A stretch of DNA of 64,000 nt, from the NCBI GenBank assembly GCA_035221665.1, contig CM069150.1:36580001-36644000 (forward strand). The letters run 5' to 3'. This document shows, one piece after another, positions 36,813-49,003 of this stretch. The notes beneath the pieces are model-generated. The model had not been told where the DNA came from. It was given only the letters and a program-made list of their open reading frames with translations, and did no database searches. Each line of letters starts with the position of its first letter. Positions within the stretch are counted from its first letter, which is position 1. This DNA comes from Okamejei kenojei (Eukaryota). The position numbers and the translations under genes were made by a program.

Positions 36813-37652
36813 TGCCTATCATTAAAACAGAACCTATTGAAGAGTGTGAAGGTGCCATATTCTGCAATGCTGCGTACAATGGAACCATGCCGCAGTTTTA
36901 TTATACGCAGCAGGTCATGATCCCTAACCCCACTTCCTGTCTTGGGGGGAGCATGACTTCCTGTCGTTCGGGATTCTCTCCACAGGATTCCAAGTATCAG
37001 CAACAGAGTCCAATAGGAGCTGCCTATCCGAGATCCAAAGGTGGCAGTCCAAATCATCTCGGCTATCAAGCATCTGCTGTGATGGTGCCAACAATCCCGA
37101 TAATTCAAGATCCCCACAGATCTGTGCTGGTTCATGCCGGGTCACCTGCCCAGTCTTCAATGCTGCGCCAGTCTCCCAACAATCAGTCTTCTGCAATAAT
37201 TCATCATTCCCCAAACAACCGCGAGGCTTCCTCCATGCTCCAAACCTCTCCCACCAACCACCAGTCACCCATGATACAACGCTCCCCAACCCGCCAGCAG
37301 TTTTCTTCCATGATCCACCATTCACCCGCCAGCCATCCGTTGAGATACAGCAGTCACCAGGATTACCAGCAGCAGGTGTATTCAGAGAACGATCCCCAGG
37401 TGTCTATTGTGCGATCCACCACGCCACAACCTGTGCATCATCACGTGCAAAAAAGCAGCCAAAATCAATACCCAGCTGCGACTCATCCACAACAGCAAAC
37501 ATCCAATGCAATCCAGAAGGTGTCCAAGGACAGCCCCTCGCCAAGCCATCTTGCAACATTGATAATGGATCAGCAGGAGAAAGAAACGACAAGTACTGCA
37601 GTCACAGTGAAACAGGAGCCACAGAACCTTGACCAGGCATATCTGGATGACG
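36813..37652 (+). CDS. NFATC2: NFATC2 large coding exon, C-terminal transactivation region, 840 bp
   Basis: tttcag| acceptor and g|gtaagg donor. Translates (V)PIIKTEP...DPHRSVLVHAGS...VTVKQEPQNLDQAYLDD; HRSVLVHAGS and the KQE...NLDQxYLDD end match NFATC2. Two psi-K-x-E SUMO consensus sites (IKTE, VKQE). Confidence 0.96.
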
Positions 37653-37894
37653 GTAAGGACCAATTCTTGTTTTGAAGACATTGGTGCAGCTAAGGTCCCA
37701 GCAGTAAACTTCTCAAAATATGTTTTTTTTTAAAAATCTGCATTATGCCCCTTGAATGATATGTATTATAAGTAATATTCTTTGATGAAGATACATTCTA
37801 TTTGAGTATTCACTAATTGGTAGGGATGAGAGTCAGGATTGGGAGACTAGGAATCCGCATCTGCTACTTTTTGAAGATTGGTAGCTTCCAGGAA

Positions 37895-38338
37895 GGTCAT
37901 AGAGTGATACAGCATGAAAACAGGCCTAATGTGCCCACACCGACCAGTAGGTCCCACCTACCCGCGTTTGGTCCATATTCCTCTCAACCTGCCCTATACA
38001 TGTACGTCTAAATGTTTCTGAAACATTGCAATAGTACCTGCCTCAACTAGCTCCTCTGGCAGCTCATTCCACACACCACCACCCTTTGTGTGAAAAAGTT
38101 ACCCCTCATGTTCCTATTAAATCATTCCACCATCACCTAAAACCTATGTCGTCTGGTTCTCGATTCCACCTACTCTGGGCAAGAGTAAATATGCATCTAC
38201 TCGATCTATTCCTCTCATGATTTGGTACACCTCTAGAAGATCACCCCTCGCCCTCCTGCGCTCCAAGGAATAGAGTCCTAGCCTGCTCAGCCTCTTCCCA
38301 TAGCTCAGGCCCTCGAGTCCTGGCAATACCCTCGTAAA
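37895..38338 (-). mobile_element. CR1 3' end
   Basis: ORF 38144-38326 reads [38 protein letters not shown]. Confidence 0.88.
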
Positions 38339-40309
38339 GTGGAAAGGTTAAGTGCAACACAAAGCACTCCTTACACAGATTGATGCCTCCACCTTGCTTG
38401 GCTATATTAAATTTTCCTGACCAATTTTCCTCACGTCTGAAACTATCCTGCAATGAATAAGCAACATTTGTTTTTTTCCTTATTATGATGGTACATTCAC
38501 TGAAATGGAATAAGACTTTCTAAAATAATTTAACTGTGAAAATAATACCCAGCAGGAAAAAAAGAAATGCTGCAGTTAGATTTGGACCTTATTTGTGGAG
38601 GTGAAAATGTGCAGAGTGAAGCATTCCCCTTTTTATCATGCTAATGCAGTTTTTGTGGTTAAATTGTGCCAGCCTTACCTTAGGCCCGTGTTTGCCTGAG
38701 AATGATTCATGTCTTATGTACATATTTACTTTATCCACAAAATAATTTGGAATTATGCACGAGTAATAGAAAGCTTGAAGGTAAGTGAGCAGTCAGTCGG
38801 TTTGTTATTTTTACTCTGAGTTTTCTGATTTGGATGGAATAACTGGAGAATTATTTTGGACCTCACCATAGTGTAAACTGCCAGCATGTGTGAAATATTC
38901 AATGGTAGGTGATTATGATCTCAGCCTTGCTCTGGCTTATAGAACCCAATGTAACTTCCTATACGTGGCACTGTGAGACACATGAAGTTGTGCTCCCTCT
39001 AGATATTCTTGTTTCAGTCCCCATAATTGGCATTTGTACAAATCGAACACACAGGAGCTTGTGTTCCGAGCCAGTGTCATGTCTAGCCCTTTAGGCATTA
39101 CATTTACAACTGACGTTTGTGTTAACTTTCTGATAATAACTTCTACGATACGTAAACGCAGGCAGTTTTATTAGGTACATGACGCTCATGTGGAGGGAAC
39201 TGAAAACGTGAAGAGTAAAAGCTGGAGGGTTTGCACACAACACAGTTCAAAGGTAGAAGTGAACAATATCCTGGTTAAAGCCCAAAACGTCTATTGGAAA
39301 GTTTTAGAAAACAAAAAAAAAAATCCATATAATATATTTGTAATCTCTCTGGAATATGTAGTTGGAATTTAAAACTCAACAACTCAGTCACATCAGCTTA
39401 CATTTGCAAAACAAATCCAAAATCAATGATCTTGGATCCATCTATTCCCTCAATGCCCCTAAATTTCTTACATATAATCGATTGTCCGTTTAAAGCCTAT
39501 TTTCCTTCCATTGCATTTACATAGCTGTCAGGCAAGGATAGGATTTGGCATAGTTATGAAACCCCAGATGATCGAACAGTTTCAGACACAGCACAGAGTA
39601 AAATCCGATTTACCTAATTCTGCCAAGCGTTAGTGTAAAACTGGCTTGGAATTCCAGGCAGATGAGTCTTTCATTGGGGCTGGTGTGGACAGCTGAAGTC
39701 AGACACCTTTATCCTCAACAAGCGTGCCTACCAGAGAGCAGTTTAATTCTCAGACTCCTGGAAGCCATAGGGCAGCCACGTTTCCTAAATGCTATGCTTT
39801 TCTGATAATTAGGATAAAACTCAAGCAGGAATAACTCGATGATCCAGGTTAGTAACTGGCAATAACATACTGGATTCAATTTGCTTCTGAATGGATTCAT
39901 CCCAAGTACTCTTGGCTGAACTCCCGGACTCTTAGGAATTGTCAACCTGTTCAGACCCTTTCCTTCATTTAGGAGATTCTTCATGTAGCTAGTAATAAGG
40001 TAATAAGCTTTGCTGGAGTGAAGCACTTGTACTTTATATTCATTCCTCTTTTATATCAGTTTTGCTCATTCCAGTGTAAATAGTTTGATATGTGCCCTAG
40101 TTCCTCTGATGCTGTTAAAGTATTGGTTGAATTTGCACAACAGGAAGTTCTATGAGCACAAAATGTGTCTACTTGTAGTCAATGCTAAGTTGCCAGGGAT
40201 TTTTTATTCTTTTACAATTTTTAAAGTGAATTATGGCACATCCCTTATCTGCTAAAGATGTTGAACCCTAATGGACACAACTTCCCCAGGCTCCAGATAC
40301 CACTGACAT

Positions 40310-40510
40310 GACGATGGAAAAATCAAACTACTGGAGAAACTCAACGGGTCAGGCAGCACCTGAGGAGGCAAAAGGATAGTCACCATTTCAGGCCAAAGAA
40401 ACTGTGACATAATATCAGCGTCCTAAAGCTGGGTCACAACCCACCCACCATCCCTTTGCATCTACAGATGCTGCCTGACTCACTGAATTGTCCCAGCATC
40501 TCCGCAGCCT
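40310..40510. mobile_element. Degenerate fold-back element
   Basis: ctggagaaactcaacgggtcaggcagca ... tgctgcctgactcactgaatt. Confidence 0.6.
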
Positions 40511-41711
40511 CTTGTGGCTCCACTGAAATGATGACCATTGTTTGATTCATTGTCTAAAATGTGATTCCTGATTCCCATTTAAAAGCTTGCACAGACAATG
40601 CGGCTTTGCGCTCTGGAAAACCATGATATGGACAATTCGAGGAACAAACCCCCCTCACTTGTTACGTCACCTGCACAGCAGACATTTAATATTGTTAGTT
40701 TAGTTCGGTTTAGTTTATTACTCTCACAAATACAGAGGTACCGTGAGAAGATTTTATTGTTGCATGCTACCCAGTCAGCGAAAAAAAAACTACACTTGAT
40801 TACAATCAACCACTTCACAGTGTACAGATACAGTTATGTGGCACAGTCACATCGCAGTGCAGCTTTCTGTTGCTACAAAGAATCCATTATTGTAAGCCAC
40901 ACTTTACTCATGGTTGTAGCTCCATTAGAGAATAGAACAAATTAAATCTCAATTTAAAAAAAAAAATTGAGGATAGAGTTTCATTTAAGAAGAGTTTTCA
41001 ATGTTGGAATTTGACAGTATCGTCAACTGGGAGGTGAACATTTATACTCATGGCTGGTAGCTTAGCTAGTGATCAAATATAATTCGGAAGCATTATTGTT
41101 ACAACTTTCTTACTTATTATAACTTTAATGTAATTTAATGGGATTTGTAAATGCGTACATATTCCTACATCAGTAGATGGGGAGCGATCGTGCCACATAG
41201 CCTTGCTTTTAATGGAACTTGCTTTAATGGCATTTAGATCTTAATAATAAAGATCCATTGTGAGTATTGTGGGATCACATTGTGATTTCTTTTTTTAATT
41301 CTTATTTGTTGCTTTTGATGGACTGGAATCTGGAGGAAAGCATCCTTGGCATTGAAAGCTCATTTACAATTATCCTCAAAGGGAATTAGATGAGGAAAAA
41401 TAAATCCACCTTCTCTTCGACTTACAAGCAGTCAGCTTACTCCCCGCTCTATTAATTCTTACCTTTTAATTGGGAAACCCAGCTGTTAAGTCAAAACCCA
41501 CAGTAGAGGATAATAAAGTGCATGCAATTATAGGGGAACAGAAGGAAAACGTTCATCAGGAAGAAGGCTGAGCAAGCAAAATTCCACTTTTATTGATGTC
41601 TACATTAATATCCAAGATATGATTGACGTATAATGTTTATATCCTATTGATATTTTCATTCAGTGGCAGTCAGCTGGTCTAGTTGCGTTGATACTACCAA
41701 GGCGTAATAGA

Positions 41712-41914
41712 AGAGAGGCACAAAATGCTGGAGTAACTCAGTGGGACAGACACTGTCTCTGGAGAGAAGGAATGGGAGACGTTTCAGGTCAAGACCCTTC
41801 ATCAGAAGCCACACATTCCTTCTCTCCATTGATGCTGCCTGTCCTGCTGAGTTACTCCAGTATTTTGTGTCTATCGACGGTATAAACAAGCATCTGCAGT
41901 TCCTTCCTACACAG
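41712..41914. mobile_element. Fold-back element with TSD
   Basis: Inverted arms; ggc(g/a)taataga at 41701-41711 and 41915-41925. Confidence 0.8.
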
Positions 41915-42724
41915 GGCATAATAGAGACTGGCTGGCAGCGATCGCTTGTCATTGATAAAATAAGTCTTATGTAACCCATATGTACTGGGCCAATGTACAA
42001 TGAAAACCAAATTTGCCAACCCAGTGTCTTCGAGCAAGCCATTCATATACTGCAACATTCCTCCTACACCACACTCTGCACAGTAGGTGTGAAGAGTTCT
42101 GGTGTTTTGTTGAATACCATCTCCAACCTCATTGGTATCTGAGGAGCAGATGCTGGAGGAGGGTGAAGGGGAAGAGGTTCAGGAGAAGGATGGAGCAAAA
42201 GAAGGTACTATAGATCTTACTTTTCTTTATGAGCTGTCCTTGAGGAACTCATGCAAGAACTTACCCAAATGCAAATCTTGCAACCACAATCTAAATTCCC
42301 TGTTCACTAGATGTTAGACAGCCACTGGCCTTCACTGCCTCCGCTTGGCCAAAGCACAAACATGAAAGCCAACAAAATAAACTTTGTAGACCAAATTTAT
42401 AATTTACGTTATGCTATGTCCCATGCAAGACAACTATTCGCATATTTTGGATTCACTTGATCCCTGTCTTCTGTGTGCTCCAGCCAATGCAATACTAACT
42501 CAGTGGCTGCTGGAGAGCCAACGATTTCCAGTGGAGTAAGTTGTAGAACCCTTAGGAGCAGTTCTGGAGCTAGAGGCCTGAGCATCCTGACATGGGTAAC
42601 AATAGCCTAGGGCTTGTGATGGGTACGATAGCAAATGCTGCCATCCCATCAGAGAGGACAAAGGGGCAGTAATCCACAAATACTTTCCTACTCCATCTGG
42701 ACAACAGCCTGAGTTTGTATGGAA

Positions 42725-42825
42725 AATAAACACAAGATTCTGGAGTAACTCAGCAAGTCAGGCAGCATCTCTGGAGAAAATGGGTAGGTTACTTTTAAAG
42801 TCGGGATCTTGAGTTCTTCAGACGT
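42725..42825 (-). mobile_element. Fold-back element arm
   Basis: ctggagtaactcagcaagtcaggcagcatctctggag...ttcttcagac. Confidence 0.7.
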
Positions 42826-43644
42826 GAGTTGATCCAGATTAAGGTCTGTAGGAAACAGGCAGAAAAGTGGAGCTGAAGCCAAGACCAGATTAGCCACATA
42901 TTCGTCGAACAGCACAGAAGCATGCGGGAGCCACATGGTGTACTCTTGTTATTGTTTCTTTATTTCGTACGTCTTTATTTTAATGGAGAAAACTGACACT
43001 CTTTTGGACTTTGTACAATTAAAACTTTCTTCCAAGAGTGAACATCAGCACAATATTTGAAAAAAAATCGGAGATTAATCTAAACTAAATCTAGCACATC
43101 TTAAAAAAATGCGTCTGGGGAATCTGAATCTAGAACCTTGTAGATTTGGCCTTTAGTATTCCAAAAAGTATTCCAAAACAGACACAAATAAGATAAGTTA
43201 TCAGGTCTATTGAACCTGGCTCCCTAATGGAATCTGACTACAAGTTTATAGTTCAGATTGGGCTATGAGTCAATAATGTTTTAAACCGTCAGCCTCAGAT
43301 TAGTTAACATTGGGCCAGCTCTTGACCACTAAATGGACTGAGGCTCAGTACTTTATTTAGAGCCTAGTTAACCCACTGGAGTCCTAACTATGCGTCAAGG
43401 TGAGGAATAAGATACTATATAAGTCATCAGGCTTTGTTCGCATTATCTGTAGCCAAGTCAGGATTGGGTGGGATTTTAATTATAAACCCACGCTGATCTC
43501 TATCCTTGAAAGCAAAAATGCACATGACTTGCCTGAATTTGGGCATGTGAGTTTGCAAAGTAAAAAGCGCTGATCCTTCTGATTGTATGCTACAATTATC
43601 ATCACAGTGAGGTGGATTGAAATTGAGATAGTGATATACTTCAC

Positions 43645-44055
43645 AAGATCACAAGTTATAGAAGTAGAATTAGGCCATTCGGCCCATCAAGTCTACTCTG
43701 CCATTCAATCATGGCTGATCTCTGCCTCCTAATCCCATTTTCCTGCCTTCTCCCCATAACCCTTGACACCCGTTTTAATCAAGAATTTGTCTGTCTCTGC
43801 CTTAAAAATATCCACTGACTACGGGTCCACAGCAATCTGTGGCAATGAGTTCCACAGATGAACTACCCTTTGACTAATGTCCTCACCTCCTTTCTAAAAG
43901 AGCGCCCTTTAATTCTGAGGCTATAACCTCTGGTCCTAGACTCTCCCACACGTGGAGATATCCTTCCCACATCCACTCTATCTATGCCTTTCATTATTCT
44001 GTAAGTTTCAATGAGGCCCCCCCTCAACCTTCTAAACTCCAGCGAGTACAGGCCC
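43645..44055 (-). mobile_element. CR1 3' end
   Basis: Aligns with 34500-34822 and 60922-61340. Confidence 0.82.
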
Positions 44056-44254
44056 TAATGTAACTTGTCCTTTAGGCAACTCCTTTACCCAGTACTGGTA
44101 TGAATAAGCCACAAACATCTTATATTGCCTGAATTATATCACATTTCAATAATCATCCAAAAATTTAGCAAACAAAAAGCGCTTTTATAACTTTCTTTTT
44201 AAGGAATTATACCTAAGGAAATGATTTATAAAATAATGAGACGCAACTGTCATA

Positions 44255-44680
44255 TGCTGAGAGAATGGAGCAGCTGGGCTTGTACACTCAGGAGTTTTGA
44301 AGGATGAGAGGATATCTCATTGAAACATATAAGATTGTTCAGGGCTTGGCCACATGTTTGGTTCCCGATGTTGGGGGAGTCCAGAACCAGGGGTCACAGT
44401 TTAAGAATAAGGAGTAAGCCATTTAGAACAGAGACAAGGAAACATTTTTTCTCACAGAGAGTGGTGAGTCTGTGGAACTCTCTGCCTCAGAGGGCGGTGG
44501 AGGCAGGTTCTCTGGATGCTTTCAAGGGAGAGCTAGATAGGGCTCTTAAAAATAGCGGAGTCAGGGGAGATGGCAGGAACGGGGTACTGATAGGGGATGA
44601 TCAGCCATGATCAAATTGAATGGTGGTGCTGGCTCGAAGGGCCAAATAGCCTACTCCTGCACCCATTGTCTATTGTCTAT
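44255..44680 (+). mobile_element. CR1 3' end
   Basis: ORF 44320-44610 reads GESRTRGHSLRIR...FSQRVVSLWNSLPQRAVEA. Confidence 0.88.
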
Positions 44681-44694
44681 TAACTAACTGGCTT

Positions 44695-44925
44695 AGGTTC
44701 AGATCATGTGATAGGTGCAGAATTGGGCCATTCAGACCATCAGGTCTACTCTGCCATTCAATCATGTCTGATCTATCTCTCTCTTCTAACCCCATCCTCC
44801 TGCCTTCTCCCCATAACCCCTGACAGCCATCCTAATCAAGAATCTATCTCTGCCTTAAAAATATCCATTGACTTGGCCTCCACAGCCTTCAGTGGCAATG
44901 AATTCCACAGATTCACCACCCTGAT
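44695..44925 (-). mobile_element. CR1 3' end, tail-to-tail with the previous copy
   Basis: ataggtgcagaattgggccattc...gaattccacagattcaccaccct. Confidence 0.8.
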
Positions 44926-46173
44926 TAAACACAACTGTACAGCTGTGATTCTCATTCTTGTGACTCATGAGGGAGCATAACTCAAAGATATATACTTTAC
45001 ATCTAATAACTAATTGAGAGTTAAAATATAGCTTATTGTATTTCTATTAAAATAATTAATCTTCCAGTTTCATGCTGCAGTTTTAACATGGTAAGTATTG
45101 GTAATTTAGTTATAAAACATGGTTAAATGATAGCATTCCTACCCTTTCTTTATATGAGTGCTAAGTTGAACTTCACCACCCATGTTTTTGTAAGGTTAGC
45201 GTTTCCAAGAGATAAACAGATGAGTTATTTTCTGTTACAAACCAACGGCATTGGATCAGGATGCTACTCCTAAACCTGTGGGATTTAAGTTTACTATCAG
45301 CAACATGAGCTCAGGCCTATGCACTGGTCCCTAGTGAGTTAAGCCGATGCCTTTTATGACTCTACGATTTTCTTTGCTGAATTCTACGTCTAAAAGTTCA
45401 GTCATTACCTTCTGGGAAAGTAAATCTTGATAAATGACATTTGTACATGGCTATAGTTAAGTGACTGCAGCAGTTTTCAATATAATTGCAGTATTTCTGA
45501 AGTTCATCCATTGAAGTGACTTGATCTTAGATACTTTTAATGGTACAGAAAATGATGTTACAGTGCTTTGCTACAACTAATGTGCCACGGACTCAGGATT
45601 CAAAAACATAATTTGAGCCAGACACAAAAAGCTGGAATAACTCAGCGGGACTGGCAGCATCTCTGGAGAGAAGGAATGGGTGATGGTTTTCTGAGAAAAA
45701 GAGTGCAGCTTTGACCCAACAGTGGTAGGCGAGCGGAGGGGATGATGGCGTTACTGACACAAATGTAAAATACAGTCTTTGGTCTAAAGTTTAGTCATAA
45801 AATACAGTCTTTGGTCTAAACTCCTGACAGCCATCCTAATCAAGAATCTATCTCTGCCTTAAAAATATCCATTGACTTGGCCTCTACAGCCTTCAGTGGC
45901 AATGAATTCCACAGATTCACCACCCTGATTAAACACAACTGTACAGCTGTGATTCTCATTCTTGTGGGAGAACTTTGAGGGAGCATAACTCAAAGATATA
46001 TACTTTACATCTAATAACTAATTGAGAGTTAAAATATAGCTTATTGTATTTCTATTAAAATAATTAATCTTCCAGTTTCATGCTGCAGTTTTAACATGGT
46101 AAGTATTGGTAATTTAGTTATAAAACATGGTTAAATGATAGCATTCCTACCCTTTCTTTATATGAGTGCTAAG
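44819..46173. repeat. Local direct duplication of ~350 bp (44819-45165 and 45823-46173)
   Basis: Near-identical copies that include non-repetitive sequence; they differ at one visible substitution and one short tract. Confidence 0.92.
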
Positions 46174-46512
46174 CATCTGGATCTTATTTAAATGTAGCGC
46201 AAAGAGGGTGTCAAGCAGCTGCCTTCTTGCATGCAAGTAGCAGGAAGAGGACTGTTGGAGGAGGGAAAGGAAAAGCTCAGGAAACATCCCGAAGTAGAGG
46301 TGAATGAGCCAAGATCATATGTGCTCAGCTGAGTCCATGTGGCATTTACGCAATCTTCAAGCTTTGCTAAACTAAAAGTATGTCACTTTCAGGCTGATAA
46401 CTTATAATGGCATGGGATTGTCCTCAAAAGGCCCCGACCAAATGTAATAAACGAAAGCAGAAATGTTATTAAGGAAATCCATCCTCTATCCTTCCTCTGC
46501 CTCTTTACACTC

Positions 46513-46692
46513 TATATACATACACACACGTATACACACATGTACACGCACACACACCTGTACACACGCACATGAACACTCACGCACACACATGTACACA
46601 GGCATATATACACACATATACACACATGTATGTATACACATGTGTACACACACATGCATGCATGCAAGCACACAGACACACACGTACACGCA
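46513..46692. repeat. Degenerate (CA/TA/CG)n purine-pyrimidine microsatellite
   Basis: Seen directly. Confidence 0.9.
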
Positions 46693-46954
46693 AACCGGTT
46701 CCACATCAGTTTGGGGTTTACAGGGGTTTACAGGACGTGGCTGACAACCTGCAAATCCTCGTCCATTCTCCCCCAATCGCTTGCTTCTCTCTGCCAATCC
46801 ATCCAACGTGTATCCTTTCTAATCCCAGCAATTGCAACCTCAAAGGATACATAGAAAAACATTGGAGGGCAAATTGTAACATTCCCGCCACTTATTAATA
46901 TACAAGCAGATGTTTACTATTGTGCTGGGTATGTAATTTAGAAAGTCATCGGAA

Positions 46955-47070
46955 ACCAGAGATCTCAGAGAAAACCCACACAGGTCATGGGGAGAACGTA
47001 CAAACTCCATAAAGACAGCACCAATAGTCAGGATCGAACCTGGGTAAGGCAGCAACTTTACCACTGTGCC
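46955..47070 (-). mobile_element. V-SINE partial
   Basis: caggtcatggggagaacgtacaaactcc...caggatcgaacc. Confidence 0.72.
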
Positions 47071-47356
47071 CTACTCTGAATAAAGATCTGCCATGCTCAG
47101 GGGATTATAGCTAGGAGTGTACATGCCAATTTCCCAGAGGAGCCGAATCAAAATGGAAATGATTGCTATTGCAATTTAACATATACAAAACAATATTTAT
47201 GCCCATAAAGATTAGTTGTGACCAATTTCTAGCAGTTTATACACTTTCCTTACTTTTAGCAATAATAGAATTTTGATCTGCCTCTGTTAATATCATACAT
47301 AAGTTTTCTGTTAACGACAAAATGTAGAATGGCAATTGCCATGTTGGTTCCCATAG

Positions 47357-47612
47357 ATAGACACAAAGTGCTGGAGTAACTCAGCGGGTCAGGCTGCATC
47401 TCATGGAGAAAGAGGATAGGTGAAGTTTCAGGGGTGGGACCTTTCTTCAGACTGAAGAATGGTTCCCATAGATGGACACAAAATGCTGGAGTAACTCAGT
47501 GGGACAGGCTGTAGGCATTCCTTCTCTCCAGAGATGCTACCTGTCTTGCTGAGTTACTCCAACATTTTGTGTCTATCTTCGAGTTAAACCAGCATCTGCA
47601 GTTCTTTCCTGC
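47357..47612. mobile_element. Compound fold-back element (two left arms, one right arm)
   Basis: tggttcccatagat precedes both left arms, and a degenerate copy follows the right arm. Confidence 0.78.
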
Positions 47613-48783
47613 ATGAATAGTTCTCATGGATTTGGTTTCATTTGTTCACAGGATGTGAACTTCCTCGCAAGGTGGTATTTATTGGCCACCCTTCAGTGGT
47701 CCTTCCAGGCCATTTTGTAGAACAACTGACGCAACCTAATTTTGCTGTGGGATAGGAATCAATAGAGGCTAGAATAGGTCAGAGCAATGAGTTTCCAGCC
47801 CTGAAGGAAATTAGTGAATCATATGGCATATGTGAATCAAATGACAAATTGATAGTTTTATGATCACCATTATTGATATCTATTTCAAAATTTCTTCGAA
47901 AGTTAAATTAAAATCCATCATTTGGGATTTGAACATTCTAGATACAAGGTTTAAAGGGCCAAATGCAGGTATGGACCAGTATATGGACCAGTTGAAGGGC
48001 CTGTTTTCATGTTGTATGGCTCCATGGCTCTATCCAGGCTTCTGTTTAATATTTTACCACCATGCCGCTCTACACTGATGCAGTTGTTTAGAGGCTTATT
48101 TCTTTTGTGGTTCATTAATGCTAGGAAATTATAATAAAAACCTGAAGATTAACTTTAAGCCTTCTGACTGATGCACCTAATGTAATTAGGTTTTTATAGG
48201 GTCAAAAAATTAACAATGCTGCTATTTTATCTCATAAACCATTTGCTACTTTTGCATTTAGCATTGAAGCAATGGAGTGTTTCAGTTTACAAAGTGATCA
48301 TAATGTATTTTCCATTTTATAGTTTTTCATTTCATTTCCATAAGTCCTATGCTTATTTGAATGGAATGCAAATAATTTGGCAACAGCTTCAAAATCGCCT
48401 TGTGTTTTTTATGTGACAGCAACAGAAATAATTTCTTTGAGGTAGTCTTCATCTCTTGCCTTTTCAAATCATTAGTGTGAGGCCAAACTAGAACATTCAT
48501 TTTCCTTTTTTTGTTTACCAATGATTTATGAGACATTTTTGTTGGAGAATTGGGAATTTGCAATGAATAGTGCCAGTGTTTGGATTAGCTTAGTTCTAAT
48601 TCATTGTAAATGGTACTGGGACTGGGGGAAGTAGAAGTAATGGGGAAAATCGTAAAGTCAAAGAATCATACAGCATGGAAACAGGCCCTTCGGCCCAATG
48701 CTTAGATACCGGCAAAGTAGCCCCATCTCAGCTAGTCCCATTTGCGATGTTACCTTCAGCGGCCAAATCAGTGCAAAATGTTT

Positions 48784-49003
48784 AGGAAGGAACTGCAGAT
48801 GCTTGTTTAAACGGAAGATGGACACAAAATGCTGGAGTAACTCAGCGAGACAGGCAGCATCTCTGGAGTGAAGGAATGGGTGACGTTCCGGGTCGAGACC
48901 CGTCTCCAGCCTGAAGAAGGGTCTCGACTCGAAACGTCACCCACTCCATCTCTCCAGAGATGGTGCCTGTCCCGCTGAGTTACTCCAGCATTTTGTGTCT
49001 AAC
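48784..49003. mobile_element. Most complete fold-back hammerhead element, with 12-bp TSD
   Basis: Arms ~48821-48908 and ~48911-49000 are reverse complements; core at 48911-48938; tgcaaaatgttt at 48772-48783 and 49004-49015. Confidence 0.88.

Noticed and set aside
36809-37681. Minus-strand ORFs overlapping the large exon
   Set aside because: Antisense shadows of the NFATC2 coding exon.
40227-40255. Polypyrimidine-AAG followed by VNYGTSLIC-stop as an alternative last exon
   Set aside because: Weak AAG acceptor, and only the first two residues resemble VNEII.
45068-45090. Possible 23-nt microexon (ttccag|...atg|gtaagt), duplicated at 46076-46098
   Set aside because: Splice-like motifs only; it would shift the frame and has no homology support.
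46463-46898. His/Thr-rich and Cys/Val-rich ORFs
   Set aside because: They are translations of a CA-type microsatellite.
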